From positions 1 to 27,068 of the forward strand of contig JBBDTT010000181.1 of the NCBI GenBank assembly GCA_040904285.1: a DNA stretch of 27,068 bases, given 5' to 3'. Positions 25,447-27,068 of this stretch are shown here, one piece after another. The notes beneath the pieces were generated by a model. It was given only the letters and a program-made list of their open reading frames with translations. It had not been told where the DNA came from and did no database searches. How positions within the stretch are numbered: the stretch's first letter is position 1; each line of letters opens with the position of its first letter. The stretch is from Actinomycetota bacterium (lineage in GTDB: Bacteria > Actinomycetota > UBA4738 > JBBDTT01). Both the position numbers and the translations under genes were made by a program.

Positions 25447-26981
25447 GCCGACTCGAGGTCGGACAGGTGCACCCGGGCGACGCGGCGCCCCCCGGCGCGC
25501 AGCGCGCGCAGGTCGCCGAGCGCCTGCGCCTGGATCAACCGGCCGAAGGTGAACGGACGCCCCGGGATCTCGGCGTCCTCGACCGGCTCGTCGTCGACCT
25601 GAACGAACACCCCGTTGGGCGGTCCGCCCTTGTGCAGCTGGCCGGTCGAATGCAGGAACCGGGGACCGAACCCGACGGTGGTCGCGGCCCGCAGGCGATC
25701 GCGCAGCCGCATCCGCGCGGCCTGCAGCCGGTGCTCCATGTCGTCGTTGGGCGGCAGATAGGCGTGGATGGCCAGGTAGTCGCCCGGCGCCAGGTGATTC
25801 AAGAGCGGGTCCAGGTCGTCGAAGGGCTCGGGCTCCACGGCGCCCTCGTCGAGGATCGCCTGCGTGGCGTCCTTGGCGGCCTGCACGTCGGGCTGGTCGA
25901 ACGGGTTCACCTGCAGGGCCCACCCGGCGATGGCCGTGGCCAGCTCCCACCGGAAGAACTCGCGCCCCAGGCCCCGGGCGTCGGACGTGGCCCCCTCGAT
26001 GCGCACGATCGGGTGGCCGGCGGCGTCGAGCGAGGACACCTGCCAGTCGGCGTCGCCGTCGACGTAGCCGATGAAGAGCCGGTCCCCCCCGTAGACGTCC
26101 GGCGAGCCGACCTCCTCGCCGGCCACCGGCAGGATGCCGCGGCCGCGCTTGCCCGTGGACTCCGCGACGAGCTGCTCGATCCACGGCCCCAGCGGGGCGA
26201 GATCCTCGGGAACCACGAGCGTGAGCTTGTCCCGGCCCGCGAGGGCGGCGGACCCGATGAGGGCGCCGAGGCGGACCGCCGGATTGTCGGCGGGCGGCAC
26301 GTCCGGGCCGCAGGCCGTCGCCATCTCCGCGGCGCCGTCGAGCAGGGCCTCGAGGTCGAGCCCCAGGAGCGCGCCCGGCACCAGACCGAACGCGGACAGC
26401 GCGGAGTAGCGGCCCCCGACCTCGGGATCCCCGGCGAACACCTCGCGGAAATCCCGCTCCCGGGCGACGGTCTCGAGGGGCGAGCCGGGGTCGGTGACGG
26501 CGACGAACCGGTGGCCGTTGCCCACCTGGCTCCAGAACCGGTCCAGCTGGCACCGGGTCTCGAGCGTGGTCCCCGACTTGCTCGAGATCACGAACAGCGT
26601 CCGGTCCAGGTCGAGCGAACGCTCCACGGCGTGCAGGTGGTCGGGATGGGTCGTGTCGAGGACCTCGAGCTCCGGGCCGTCACCTTCGGTGCCCAAGACC
26701 CGGGCCAGGACCTCGGGGGCCAGGGTCGAGCCGCCCATCCCGCACAGGACCACGCGGGTCAGCCCGTCGCCGGCCGCCCGCGCGGCGAAGGAGCGCAGGG
26801 CCGCGACCTGGCCGCGCATGCGGTCGTGCACGTCCAGCCACCCGAGCCGGTCCGCGATCTCGGCCGGATCCGAAGACCAGACGGTGTGGTCGCGGGCCCA
26901 CACCCGGCGGACCACGTCCTCGGCGCGGAGCCGCTCCAGCGCCTCGTCCACGCGGGCGGCCAGCGGGCCGGGGAGGCTCAC
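25443..26981 (-). CDS. pgi: Glucose-6-phosphate isomerase (type found in Tal-Pgi fusions)
   Basis: RLGWL, VVLCGMGGSTL, SKSGTTLET, VAVTDPGS, VGGRYSALS, EQLVAESTGK, NPFDQPDV, GPRFLHSTGQLHKGGP. Confidence 0.88.
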   Translation of the reverse strand: MSLPGPLAARVDEALERLRAEDVVRRVWARDHTVWSSDPAEIADRLGWLDVHDRMRGQVAALRSFAARAAGDGLTRVVLCGMGGSTLAPEVLARVLGTEGDGPELEVLDTTHPDHLHAVERSLDLDRTLFVISSKSGTTLETRCQLDRFWSQVGNGHRFVAVTDPGSPLETVARERDFREVFAGDPEVGGRYSALSAFGLVPGALLGLDLEALLDGAAEMATACGPDVPPADNPAVRLGALIGSAALAGRDKLTLVVPEDLAPLGPWIEQLVAESTGKRGRGILPVAGEEVGSPDVYGGDRLFIGYVDGDADWQVSSLDAAGHPIVRIEGATSDARGLGREFFRWELATAIAGWALQVNPFDQPDVQAAKDATQAILDEGAVEPEPFDDLDPLLNHLAPGDYLAIHAYLPPNDDMEHRLQAARMRLRDRLRAATTVGFGPRFLHSTGQLHKGGPPNGVFVQVDDEPVEDAEIPGRPFTFGRLIQAQALGDLRALRAGGRRVARVHLSDLESA

Positions 26982-27067
26982 GCGGACGTCAGCTCGTCGA
27001 GGGCGCCCCGCAGCGTCTCGTACCGCCGCTCGCCCAGGCGCCTGCGGACGCGCGCCTCGACGTTGGC
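26978..27067 (-). CDS. 3' end of a gene running off the right edge (possibly MarR-like regulator)
   Basis: ANVEARVRRRLGERRYETLRGALDELTSA*; the stop overlaps the pgi GTG. The MarR guess rests only on the C-terminal helix pattern. Confidence 0.5.
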   Translation of the reverse strand, partial: ANVEARVRRRLGERRYETLRGALDELTSA

Positions 27068-27068
27068 C

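Noticed and set aside
1-27068. CRISPR array, rRNA/tRNA genes, integrase or transposase
   Set aside because: No regularly spaced repeats, RNA-gene signatures or DDE/tyrosine/serine recombinase motifs were seen.

Overview
High-GC bacterial chromosomal window, most consistent with an actinomycete-type genome (PAC2-family proteasome-assembly chaperone, DrrAB-like ABC-2 exporters, frequent GTG starts and GTGA/ATGA overlaps). Most of it is ordinary metabolic, transport and regulatory genes: TetR, SDR, CMD/AhpD-like, two ABC-2 exporters with PadR, GMC oxidoreductase pair, a sigma-70 factor, EamA, EtfAB, GNAT, DUF309, an enolase-superfamily enzyme, PAC2, VIT1/CCC1, Pgl and Pgi. The standout is a visibly more AT-rich island of about 3.3 kb (15443-18701) between eamA and etfA. 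It holds a fused XRE-HTH/IrrE(ImmA)-type HExxH metallopeptidase regulator, divergent from a three-gene unit: a cGAS/DncV-like nucleotidyltransferase (CD-NTase/SMODS), a stand-alone prokaryotic E2-like protein, and a single-TM protein I cannot assign to any characterised effector family. This looks like a type II-short CBASS-like anti-phage system. Unusual details include a possible ACG start codon and a Cys/Arg-rich insertion in the E2. Other oddities are an in-frame TAG that splits the GMC oxidoreductase, tandem palindromes upstream of padR, a Zn-ADH C-terminal relic, and a DUF2935 plus CxxCxC mini-protein pair. All family assignments come from motif recognition by eye; no database searches were run.
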